Positions 52,100 through 64,000 of a stretch of DNA of 64,000 nucleotides are shown in pieces; the stretch's first letter is position 1, and each line of letters starts with the position of its first letter. This DNA comes from Chiloscyllium plagiosum (Eukaryota). The translations under genes were made by a program, and so were the position numbers. The notes under the pieces were generated by a model. That model saw nothing but the letters and a program-made list of their open reading frames with translations, did no database searches and was not told the origin of the DNA. The DNA lies in the NCBI RefSeq assembly GCF_004010195.1, contig NC_057750.1, positions 18,045,466-18,109,465 of the forward strand, in the 5' to 3' direction.

Positions 52100-53654
52100 C
52101 ATAAGACCATAAGACATAGGAGCGGAAGTAAGGCCATTCGGCCCATCAAGTCCACTCCGCCATTTAATCATGGCTGATGGGCATTTCAACTCCACTTACC
52201 CGCATTCTCCCCGTAGCCCTTAATTCCTTGTGACATCAAGTATGTATCAATCTCTGCCTTGAAGACATTTAGCGTCCCGGTCTCCACTGCACTCCGCGGC
52301 AATGAATTACACAGGCCCACCACTCTCTGGCTGAAGAAATGTCTCCGCATTTCTGTTCTGAATTTACCCCCTCTAATTCTAAGGCTGTGCCCACAGGTCC
52401 TNNNNNNNNNNNNNNNNNNNNNNNNNNNNNNNNNNNNNNNNNNNNNNNNNNNNNNNNNNNNNNNNNNNNNNNNNNNNNNNNNNNNNNNNNNNNNNNNNNN
52501 NNNNNNNNNNNNNNNNNNNNNNNNNNNNNNNNNNNNNNNNNNNNNNNNNNNNNNNNNNNNNNNNNNNNNNNNNNNNNNNNNNNNNNNNNNNNNNNNNNNN
52601 NNNNNNNNNNNNNNNNNNNNNNNNNNNNNNNNNNNNNNNNNNNNNNNNNNNNNNNNNNNNNNNNNNNNNNNNNNNNNNNNNNNNNNNNNNNNNNNNNNNN
52701 NNNNNNNNNNNNNNNNNNNNNNNNNNNNNNTCTGCAGCCTCCCCATTTCCTCAGTACTACCTGCCTGTCCACCTATCTTCGTATCATTGGCAAACTTCGC
52801 TAGAATGCCCCCAGTCCCTTCATCCAGATCATTAATATATAACATGAACAGCTGTGGCCCCAACACTGAACCCTGTGGGACACCGCTTGTTACCGACTGC
52901 CATTCCAAAAAAGAACCTCTTATCCCAACTCTGCCTTCTGTCAGACAGCCAATCCTCAATCCATGCCAGTAGCTCACCTCGAGCACCTTACTCAGCAGCC
53001 TCCCGTGTGGCACCTTATCAAATGCCTTTTGGAAGTCTAGATAGACCACATCCACTGGGTTTCCCTGGTCTAACCTACTTGTCACCTCTTCAAAGAATTC
53101 TAACAGGTTTGTCAGGCACGACCTCCCCTTACTTTAATCCATGTTGACTTGTTCTAATCCGACCCTGCTCTTCCAAGAATTTAGAAACCTCATCCTTAAC
53201 GGTGGATTCTAGAATTTTACTAACAACCTAAGTTAGGCTAATTGGCCTATAATTTTCCATCTTTTGTCTTGATCCTTTCATGAACAATGGGGTTACAACA
53301 GCGGTCTTCCAATCATCCGGGACTTTCCCTGAATCCAGTGACTTTTAAAAGATCTCACCCAACGCCTCCGCTATTTCCTCAGTCACCTCCCTCACAACTC
53401 TAGGATGTAGCCGATCGGGGCCAGGAGATTTGTCAATTTTAAGACCTTTTAGCTTTTCTAGCACTATCTCTTTTGTAATGGCAACCATACTCAACTCAGC
53501 CCCCTGACTCCCTTTAATTGTTGGGATATTACTCATGTCTTCCACTGTGAAGACTGACGCAAAGTACTTATTAAATTCTCCAGCTATTTCCTTATCTCCC
53601 ATCACTAGCCTTCCAGCATCAGTTGAAATGGCCCAATGTCTACTTTTGCCTGTC
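52100..53654 (-). mobile_element. Young CR1 LINE, 5' truncated, containing an assembly gap
   Basis: VYLDFQKAFDKVPH, SGVPQGSVLGP, CATAAGAC tandem tail, short AAAAC duplication. Confidence 0.9.
52402..52730. other. Assembly gap (329 N)
   Basis: Run of N. Confidence 1.
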
Positions 53655-55179
53655 TAAAAACAACAAACTGCTATTCCTAGGTGTCATAGTAGAGCGAACA
53701 GCCAATGGGGAACTTCAAACGAGCGTCAACAGGAAAACAACACATACTGACCAAATACTGAACACCCACAAATGAAGCTGCATTAGAACATTATTTCAAT
53801 GAGCCACCACACACTGCAGCACAGGGGAACTATGCAGAGCAGAGGAAACTCACCTATACACAGTGTATTAAAAAAGAACGGGTACCCAATGAACACAGTC
53901 TGCCGATTTATCAGCAACAAACCCCAACAAGCAAACAAAACACATCCAGAAACTCGAGCCACTCTCCCCTACATTAAAAATATCTCAGAAGTGACTACTC
54001 AGACCTCTTGACATCATGGTCGCCCACAAACCCACCAACACACTAAAACAGCAGCTAACGAACTTGAAAGACCCTATACAGACAACAAGCAAAACTAATG
54101 TCATTTGTACAGTAACAAACACTACATTGGACAAACAGGCAGAAAACTAGCCACCAGGATACATGAACATCAACTAGCCACGGAAAGACACGACCCACTT
54201 TCGCTAGTATCCTTACATACAAATATGAAGGACACCACTTTGACTGGGACAACACATTCATCCAAGGATAAGCCAGAGACACGCACGAGAATTCCTAGAA
54301 GCTTGGCACTCTACCAACAAACACATTGATCCCATTTACCACCACCTGAGAAAAAGAACAGGAAATGACATCACCAACCCAAGGAAACCTAAACAAATAA
54401 ATAGGAAGTGGGCCATGCCACCAGTGCTTCCCCTGGAGGCTCACTGATGATGTTGCAGAGTATGATGACGAAACGTCCGAAAATGATCCTTCCAGCTCAG
54501 TGAGCAAACGTACATCACGTCCTGATTCCTCAGCCTGTTCATCATTTACAAAGCACATGTCAGAAGTGCTTGGACGAGTACAGCTCCAAAAACACTCAAC
54601 ATTATTTAATTCAAAACAGCCTATTTGATTAGCTCTTCATCCACCAATTTAGTTATTCACACCATCTACCACAATGGCAGCAGTGAGTACAAGACCCACT
54701 GTAGCAACTCATCAAGCCTCCCTCAACATTACCTGTACTGTGGATCATCATCATCTTATCACCTAGGACAAGAATGACAGATACATGTAAAGACAAACGA
54801 GATCCCTTCCAAGACACTGTCCATCCTGAGTTGGAAATGTATTGCAGGGTCAAAATCTGAGAAAATTACCCTCCTTGGGTGTCCCTATGTCACATAGATA
54901 GCAGTGGTTTGAGAAAATTGCTCATCATCTTCTCAGGGGCAATTGGGGATAGCCTAGCAAGTGATACTTACATCCAATAAAGCTTTTTTTGAAGAAAAAG
55001 GAATGAAGTGGACTCGGGAAATAATGCTTAATTGTACAGTGAATATAGGGAAGATCTGACTGCTGCTTCTGGTTCTCACAAGTCATTGCCTTGGGCAGAT
55101 GTTTGGAATTTGGCATTAATACTGGCAATGTCTGCTACACTAGTATTAGTCAGAAACCAACCCTTGCATTAACTTGCAT

Positions 55180-55396
55180 CAGTCAGTTCTGATATAATGT
55201 AATAGTACTGTTCTCATGCGATTTTGTGTTGTAAGAAAATCATGCAATAGCAGCGCCATTTAAACTAATGGGGCCGGAATCACATTATAGCCAATACAGA
55301 TAAGGAAAGTTCACTTTCCACAAGTAATAATCTAAATTCTTCAATTGTGTTAAAGCAAATTCACATTGAAGAAACGCATTATAGCAGCACTGACTG
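55180..55396. mobile_element. Tigger-like MITE
   Basis: TIRs CAGTCAGTTCTGATATAATG / CATTATAGCAGCACTGACTG followed by TA. Confidence 0.75.
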
Positions 55397-56019
55397 TACT
55401 TACAAAATCATTGTAAAGAATCAAATTAAGCAGAGAGGGTGAAATACCTCCAGATAAAATTGGAAGATTGGTAGCTTTTGTCACTAGCTGTTGCGACCTG
55501 TTGCAAGAATAAACTGATTTAAAGCCACATGATTGCACAATTCCTTTAATTCCTGAGTTAAACTATTAAATAAAGGGTTGGTTTCAAGGTGGGGAAACAG
55601 GTTACGTTGCTAAGGTGAGGTCCTAGTAGTCATTCCAGCGCCAATTCCTGAGCAAACTCTGCATTTACAAAGATGGTGCAAGGAATCTTTGTGCTGATTA
55701 ATCATGAAGCTACTGTCTAAGTTTAAACGTCCTATTTAAAACACATTACTTCATTTTGAAAACAAACCTCATGTTACTTGATCAGCCCTTTGGCTCAAGT
55801 TTTGTAAGAGGAGCATACCTGGCAAGGAATTGAAAATATGTTGAAAGTCCTATCTCTGCACAAGGATTACTTTCCTGCAGCAAGAACAGTAAATTAATTT
55901 AGACACTGTACAATAACACAGACTCTGTACAATAACAGACACAGACAGGCCTTCCAGCTCAGCGAGCAATCCTACATCCAGAACCTCAACCTGAGCTACA
56001 AATCTTCTCAAAACTCGCT

Positions 56020-59000
56020 AACATGCCCTATGGCCCACCGTATCAATGCTGACCAACAAACATAAAACTACATTAATTCCATTTACCTGCTCTTGGTCCA
56101 CAGACTATGCCCTTGCATTTTAAGTACTCATCCAGATGTGTCCTGAATATTACAAGAGTACCTGCCTTCACCATCCTCTGGGACAGCACGTTCCATATTT
56201 CTAACACGCTGTGGGTGAACAACCTTTCCTTAGATCTCTCTAAATTACTTCTCACCTTCAACTTATGCCCTGTAGTCTTACATAATCAGCCACAGGAAAA
56301 CATTTTACATTGTCTTTGCTGTTCAATTTTGTATACCTCAGTCAGATCCTCCTCAGCCTCTGTTCCAGGGAAAACAAACCCAGCCTATCCAGTCTCACTT
56401 CATAACTGAGACTTTTCATCCCAGACATTATAGTAAATCTCCTCTGCACCCTCTTCAGTGCAATCACATCATTCCAATCCTGTGGTGACCATAACTATGT
56501 ACAATATTCCACCTGTGGCCTAACCAAAAGTTTTAAACAGTTGTAACAAGATATCCTTGCTCCTACATTCTTCGCCCGAGCCAATGAAGGCAAGCATACG
56601 TGTCTACCTATGCTGACACCTTCAAAGATCTATGAACTTGTATACTAAGATCCCTTTGTTCCTCAGTATTCCCTAGGGATCTACCATTCATTGTGAATAT
56701 CATTCCCTTGTTATACCTCCAAAAATGCAACACCTCATCATTATTAGGATTGAATTCCCTCTGCTGTTGCTGTGTCTAATTTACTAGCTGATCAATATCA
56801 GACATTAGCCTGAGACGATCCTCCCCACTATTAACATCACTAATTTTTGTGTCATCTGCAAACCTGCAAATTATACCTTCTAATTCACATCCAAGTTGTT
56901 CATTTACATTACAAAAAGCAAGAATACCAGCACTAAACCCTGTGGTACACTACTGGTCACTGTCTTGCAATCACAAAAACAAACCTCCACATTAAGGCCT
57001 TACTGAAGTTGATGTAAACCACATTAATTACACTACCCTCATCAATACATTTAGTTACTTTTTCAAAAAAACTGAAATTAGTCAGACAGATCTCCCTCCA
57101 ACAAATCTTTTTGACTATCCCTCATGAATTCTTCTCTTTCCAAATGTTAATTCTGTCCCTCAGAACTTTTTCCAATAATTTCCCTACTACTAACGTCAGA
57201 CTAACTGGTCTATAGAACATAGAACAATACAGCACAGAACAGGCCCTTCGGCCCATGATGTTGTGCCGAACATTTGTCCTAGCTTAAGCACCCATCCATG
57301 TACCTATCCAATTGCCGCTTAAAAGTCACCAATGATTCTGACTCTGCCACTCCCACAGGCAGCGCATTCCATGCCCCCACCACTCTCTGGGTAAAGAACC
57401 CACCCCTGACATCTCCCCTATACCTTCCACCCTTCACCTTAAATTTATGTCCCCTTGTAACACTCTGTTGTACCCGGGGAAAAAGTTTCTGGCTGTCTAC
57501 TCTATCTATTCCTCTGATCATCTTATAAACCGCAATCAAGTCACCCCTCATTCTTCGCCGTTCCAATGAGAAAAGGCCTAGCACTCTCAACCTATCCTCG
57601 TACGACCTATTCTCCATTCCAGATAACATCCTGATAAATCTTCTATGCACCCTCTCTAAAGCTTTCACATCTTTCCTAAAGTGAGGCGACCAGAACTGCA
57701 CACAGTACTCCAAATGTGGCCTAACCAAGGTCCTGTACAGCTGCAACATCACTTCACGACTCTTGAATTCAATCCCTCTGCTAATGAACACTAATACACC
57801 ATAGGCCTTCTTACAAGCTCTATCCACCTGAGTGGCAACCTTCAAAGATCTATGTACATAGACCCCAAGATCCCTCTGTTCCTCCACCTCACTAAGAACC
57901 CTACCGTTAACCCTGTATTCCACATTCTCATTTGTCCTTCCAAAATGGACAACCCACCCTTCGACTCCCTCTTCCAAGTCATTAATAAAAATTACACACA
58001 GCAGAGGACCCAGAACTGATCCCTGCGGAACTCCACTTGTAACTGGGCTCCAGGCTGAATATTTACCATCGACCACCATTCTCTGACTTCGACCGGTTAG
58101 CCAGTTTTCTATCCAACTGGCCAAATTTCCCTCTATCCCATGCCTCCACATAAGCCTACCATGGGGAACCTTATCAAATGCCTTACTAAAATCCATGTAC
58201 ACTACATTCACTGCTCTACCCTCATCCACATGCTTGGTCACCTCCTCAAAGAATTCAATAAGACTTGTAAGGCAAATCCGTGCTAGCTGTCCCTAATCAA
58301 GCAGTGTCTTTCCAGATACTCATAAATGCTATCTTTCAGTACCCTTTCCATTACTTTGCCTACCACCGAAGTAAGACTAACTGGCCTGTAATTCCCGGGG
58401 TTATCCCTATTTTGAACATTACCTGTATATTACCTGAACATTATAATTACCTGTCATATCCCTGCAAACTTTCTTAAACTAAGGAGCCACATTAACTATG
58501 CTCCAGTCATCTGGAACTTTGCTTGTGGTCAAAGTATTAAAATATCTCTGTCAGGGTGACAGCAATCTCCTTCCTTGACTCCCATTGCAGCCCAGGATAC
58601 ATCTCAATAAGGCATGGGATTTATGGACCTGTATGCCTTCTAAAACATCTAAAAGCTCCTCTTTATTCATCTTAACATGTTCTAGAACCTCGTCTTCACA
58701 TCTGTAATCTCCAGTTACAATGTCTTTCTCCCCTATGAGTAGAGATGATAAATAAATAACCCACCTGTTGCTCCACACACATTTGGTCTCTAGTCAGTTC
58801 CACCTGGCAATCCTTTTGCTTTTAATATAATTATTAAATGCCTTGGGGTTCTTCTTATTCCTATCTATCAAAGATACTTCATTGACTCTCTCTGGCCTCT
58901 TAATTTCTTTTATAAGCACCTCCCACATACTTTAATTCTGAAGGGCTTCCCCTGTTTTTAGTACTCTGTACTTAACATCTGCTTTGTCTTTTTTCTTCTT

Positions 59001-60500
59001 CAAACTCTAGTTGCCTGGACTTGCTGCCCTTGCCCTTCATTCTTAGAGGAACACGCTGGTCCTGAACTCTCACTATTTTACCCAGGAGGAGCAATTGCAC
59101 TCCAGGGCATCCCAGATGGACTCATATTTCAAGGACTGCAATTTCCCCTCCCACATGGTCAACAATGCCCCCCCGTGCATCTCCTCCACTTCCCGCACCT
59201 CTGTCCTTGAACCCCACCCCTTCAACTGCAATAAGGATAGAAGCATCCTGGTCCTCGCCTTCCATCCCACTAATTTCTGAATACAGCACATATAGATGGC
59301 GGAAATAGCAGAGGATAATCAGACCGCACCACCAGTGATATATTTCCCTCCCAACTCCTATCAGCATTCTGCAGAGATCATTCCCTCTTCAACTCCCTCC
59401 ATAGATCCATGCCCTCCACCAACTCACCGCCGCATGGGGTGTAAAACCAGTACCTACATCTCCCTCCTCACCTCCTCCAAGGCCGCAAAGGATCCTTCTA
59501 CATCCAGCAGAGATTTTCCTGCCCATCCTACCACCTCATGTACTGTGTCCATTGCTCTTGATGTGGTCTCCTCTACACTGGGGAGATAGGAAGCCAACCT
59601 GTGGAACATTTCAAGGAACATCTCTAGGACACATGCACCAAACAACCCACTGCCCTGTGGCTGACCACTTCAACTTCACCTCCCACTCCGCCAAAGATGC
59701 AAGTCCTGGGCCTCCTCCACTGCCAAATCCAAGCCACCCAATGCCTGGAGGAAGAACGTCTCATATTCTGCCTTGGTATCCTCCAACCATACGGCATCAA
59801 TGTTGATTTCACCAGTTTCCCCATCTCCTCTCCCCCCCACCTCATCCCAGATCTAACTTGGCAGTGTCCTCTTGAACTGTCCTGTCTGTCCATCTTCCTT
59901 CCCACCTATCCGCTCCACCCTCCACTCTGACCCATCACCATCATCGCCCATCTGCAAGTACCTACCGCCTTCCCAGCTACCTCCCCCCCACCCGCCCCAC
60001 AACATTCCTGAAGGGCTTATGCTCAAAATATCAATTCTCCTGCTCCTTAGATGGTGCCTGACTTGCTGTGCTTTTCCAGTGCCACACTTTGACTACTTTT
60101 AAAAGACTCCCATTTTCCAAATGTAGACTTACCTGCAAGTAGCTACTCCCAGGCTATGTTTGCTAGATGCTGTCTAATGATATTGAAACTCACCTTCCTC
60201 AATTTAGACAATTAACTTCTGCACTATCCTTATCCCTTTCCATAAAAACTTTGAAACTTAGAGAGTTATGGTTACTATCCCCAAAATGTTCACCTACTAA
60301 TACCTCAATCACTTGACCAGCTTCATCCTTGAGGATTAGGTCCAGCACTGCCCATCTCTAGAAAAACTATTTAAATATGGCAGAAAAAGCTCTCTTGGAT
60401 TAAAAATTCCATGGTCTTATTTTTTCATACTAAGGCCATCCCAGTTGATGTTAGTAAAGTTGAAATCCTCTACTACTATAACCCTGTTCCTCTCACAATA
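56020..60500 (-). mobile_element. Old CR1 ORF2 hosting a younger CR1 (~57213-58417) and a Penelope element
   Basis: Continuous degenerate CR1 homology on both sides of the inserts; ORF 57279-58241 has YMDFSKAFDKVPH and SGVPQGSVLGP. Confidence 0.82.
59080..60094 (+). mobile_element. Penelope-like (Neptune-type) 3' part with GIY-YIG remnants and pLTR
   Basis: LVLAFHPT, HLMYCVHCS, VADHFN, LEEERLIFCLGILQPYGIN; the 3' end is the source family of the small fold-backs. Confidence 0.85.
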
Positions 60501-61874
60501 ACACAGAAATTGTGCAAATAACACTGAGCATCAGATTGAAAATTCTGAGCTTTTCTCATTTGCCGTACTGGGATTGGAGTTGAAGTTCAACACAAACTAG
60601 TAATCAATGGTTTCCTTGAACTTGTGGAGTAGGTTTGGATAGTTCCAACCTCTTGTTATTAATTATCTGCAAAGTAGATAGAACATCACAGATTAGCCAT
60701 GATCTTACTGAATGAGAGAGCAAGGTCGAGATGTCAAACAACCTGCTCATGTACTTATTTCTTATATTCCTAAGTACAAAAATGCCTCTAATGTTTGTGC
60801 TCATTCTTAATATCAATAGATTGTAGGAAATGATAGATGATTGCCACAATGGTAAAAGGGGGAGAGCTTTTCAGATTTTAGAGGAAGAAATACAGATTTC
60901 ATTATATAGCAACTAACTCTTCAGAGGGTCGGTGTGGATTTGTTGGGCCAAATGGCCTGTTCCCATACTGTAGGGATTCTATTTAAAAAAAAACAAAATT
61001 TCAGGACTTCACCTCACTGCTTTATGGCCAGTGAAGTCCACAAGATATAGGAGTAGATTTAGGTCATTCAATGGATTGAGTCTGCTTTGTTATTAGAAAT
61101 GGTCATCCTCAACTCCTTTCCTGCTTTATCCCCAATAACCCTTTATATCCTTTACAAATTAAAAATCTATCCAGCCTTGAATATTGTTAATCACTTAGCC
61201 TTGACTGTTGTCAGTGGTAAAAGAATTCCAGATTCATTTCCTCAGAGAAAAACCTGATCTTTGTCTAAAATGGGCAACCCCTTATCCTGACATTACAGTC
61301 CTGGACTCTCCCACAAAAGTAAATAACTCTTCCACATCAACCTATCAAGTCCTTTACATTTCATTAAGATTTTCTTTCATTTTTGTAAACTTCAATTACT
61401 ACAAGCCTCATGTATTCAACATCTCCTCAGAAGAAAACCCCTCAATACCTGGAATCAACCTGGTGAAATCTTCTCTGGACTGCCTTCCATGCGAATAGAT
61501 CTTTCCTCAGATAAGGAGACCAAAGCTGCTCACAGTATTCCAGTGGGTTGACTAGTGCCTTTTATAATTTTAGCCAGACCTCTTCATTGTTCTACTCCTT
61601 TGAAAGAAGACCATGAGTCTATTTGCTTTCCCTATTATCTGTTGAGCTTGGACGCTAGGTTTTTGCAATTCATTCCAGAAACAGAACCGGAAATGATATG
61701 ACCCACCAAAACAAACCAAGATACACAAATAGCAAGTGGGTAAGAACACAAACACTTCACCGGAGGCTCACTGATGATGTTACCTAGCATGGTGACAAAA
61801 TGTCTGAAAACAAACCCACCAGCTCAGTGAGCAAATTGACAACCTGAGCTACAAATCTTCTCCAAGATCTCAAA

Positions 61875-64000
61875 CTGTGTGGGCTATGTTAATTCAGACC
61901 AAATTGGTCTGTGAGGTGTTTGCAGTGCTGTCAGAGGTGGTGTCAGGAGAATTTAAAAAGGCTTTTTTTTTGAGTGTCTATGAATTGGTAACAGAAGCAT
62001 ATAGATAATGATTCAGAAATGTAAGAAAGGAACCAGGTCAAACTTATATCGAGTTTGAAAGAATTAAACAGAGCAACTTGGTAGATAGATGAGAGCATTA
62101 AGGATAGAATGAGGCTTTTAGAGATATTATTCTGCTGGAGTTTAAAAATTCACTTCCCGAAATGATCAGAAATGTTGAGGAACAGAAAGTTAAAACAGTG
62201 AGAAGAACTGCAGAAATGGTGGATGAATACGCATTGGTGCATAGTCATAGCGATGTACAGCACAGAAACAGACCCTTTGGTCCAACCCGTTCATGCCGAC
62301 TGGATATCTCAAACCAGTCTAGTCCCACCTGTCAGCACCTCTCCCATATCCCTCCAAACCTTTCCTATTCATTTACCCATCCAAATGCCTTTCAAATGTT
62401 GCAATTGTACTAGCCTCTACCACTTCCTCTGGCAGCTCATTCCATACATGTACCACCCTCTGCGTGAAAAAGTTGCCCCTTAGGTCTCTTCTATATCTTT
62501 CCACTCTCACCATAAACCTATGCCCTCTAGTGCTGGACTCCCCCATTCCAGGGAAAATATTTTGTCTATTAATTCTATCCATGCCCCTCATGATTTTGTA
62601 AACCTTTAAAATCACTCCGACATTCCAGAGAAAACAGCACCAGCCTGTTCAACCTCTTCCCTATAGCTCAAATCCTCCAACCCTGGCAACATGCTTGTAA
62701 ATCTTTTCTGAGCCCTTTCAAGATTCACAACATCTTTCCGATAGGAAGGAGACCGGAATTGCACGCAATATTCCAACAGCGGCCTAACCAATGTCCTGTA
62801 CAGCCGCAACATGATCTCCCAACACCTGTACTCAATACTCTGACCAATAAAGGAAAGCATACTAAACTCCATAAATCAAAATCTAGCTTCCAACAGCAAT
62901 TTCATTCTGCAAGGGATAGAAACTGGGGGAAAGATGTTTCAATGAAAAATAAAAAGTAGATCACACTGGGAACAGTTTACCACGTGTGGAAAACAGAAAC
63001 CCAAGTGGATGAAAAAGGTGCTTTCACTGTAATAAGGTGGGACACACAAAGTCACAGTGCTGGTAGTTTAAGAAAGGCATAGGGAAAAAGGAATTGGTAG
63101 AAGATGCTAAACCAGTGGGATTAGTTAAGGTAGGGAAGGAAATCCCAAGAAGTCAAGGAGCTGCAGGAGAGTGAACAGCCTAGTCATGGGCAGGATAGTA
63201 AGATAGCATCTGATCTTTTCAAAGACTTCACCTGTGTGGGTAAAATTTACTCAGGTAGAATGGACGGTTAGGTAAAGACATTAAAATATTGAGATATGGG
63301 AGCTAGTCTGTCCCTAATAGTAAGAGATGAAAATATTTACACTCCTGAAATATTGCCCAAGAGAGTGGTAATCTGTGGAATAGATGGAGAGTAGTATTGT
63401 TCCCCTGTGTTAAGATAAGGCTGGGAAGTCCAATCAAGACTGGGGATGTGATAGTGGGAGTGATGGAGAAATTGGCTATCCCAGGAATCCAGTTTATTTT
63501 TGGAAACAATATAGCTGGATCACAGGTGGGAGTGATGCCCATTGTACTGGAAAAGCCAAAAGAAAACCAGAGAACTAGAGTTAAAAGAAAAAAAAACTCT
63601 GGATTTTTTTTTCTGGATTGTGTGGTGACAAGATCCCACAACGATAGGTTAAAACAAAAAGGGAGAAAAGAAGAGAAAGATAACAGAGTTGAGGTCCAGG
63701 ATCAGCAGAGGCGTTTTGTTCTGAAAGATTAATGGAGTTACAACAAAAAGGTGAGATGATAAAGGACTTATATCATAAAGCCTACTCGATAAAGGAATTC
63801 AAATGCACTCTGGAATGCTGTTACCTTAAGGATAAAATTTTAAAGTGGAATGGAGGCCTTTGCAGATTAGTGCAGATGAGAAATGGGCAGAACTTTATCA
63901 GATTGTGTTGGTGGCAGAATACAGATAAAGTATTGCAGATAGCACACGACCAGTAGGAAGTCATCTAGGAGTGAGGAAGACTCAGGCTAAGATACAGAAG
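61875..64000 (+). mobile_element. Gmr1-like Ty3/Gypsy LTR retrotransposon internal remnant (gag, zinc knuckle, protease, integrase start), interrupted by CR1 62244-62869
   Basis: YELVTEAYR..FRNVRKEPGQTYIEF..FKNSLP; CFHCNKVGHTKSQCW at ~63018-63063; FIFGNNIAG; VLQIAHD..HLGVRKT; CATA duplication around the CR1. Confidence 0.85.

Larger units (their letters stand above)
51460..54520. mobile_element. Penelope-like element (inverted 3' arm ~51460-51945 plus a plus-strand body) split by a young CR1
   Basis: YKIPCKNCNKHYIRQTGRKLATRLHEH GIY-YIG; RT VDDTFLI resumes after ~53655; pLTRs at both ends. Confidence 0.88.

Noticed and set aside
52186..53085. Long ORFs in several frames
   Set aside because: Inflated by the 329-N gap inside a CR1.

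Overview
Repeat-dense vertebrate genomic DNA, almost certainly from a shark (HE1-type V-SINEs, CR1/HER1 LINEs, abundant Penelope-like elements). The only host gene visible is on the minus strand: the CpG-island promoter (~49850-50660) and first seven coding exons (120, 92, 63, 58, 171, 138, 183 bp, all GT-AG, frame-continuous) of a WDR62/MAPKBP1-family WD40 gene, most likely wdr62, continuing past the left edge. Nearly everything else is transposable-element debris, and almost all ORFs in the supplied track are TE fragments or spurious. Notable observations: (1) an internally deleted class I endogenous retrovirus in intron 4 carries a near-perfect tRNA-Gly(GCC) gene, with apparent pre-tRNA leader and trailer, between its tether and RNase H domains; (2) a ~4 kb intronic inversion can be reconstructed, with one break inside a Penelope element (13-bp inverted target duplication) and one staggered break leaving a ~710-bp inverted duplication; (3) at least four repeat families carry minimal hammerhead-ribozyme cores, including small non-coding fold-back elements with 14-16 bp TSDs; (4) a two-piece templated insertion, a de novo hairpin and a Gmr1-type retrotransposon. 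All calls come from reading the sequence by eye and from recalled family knowledge. No searches were run, and repeat boundaries are approximate unless a TSD or TIR is quoted.
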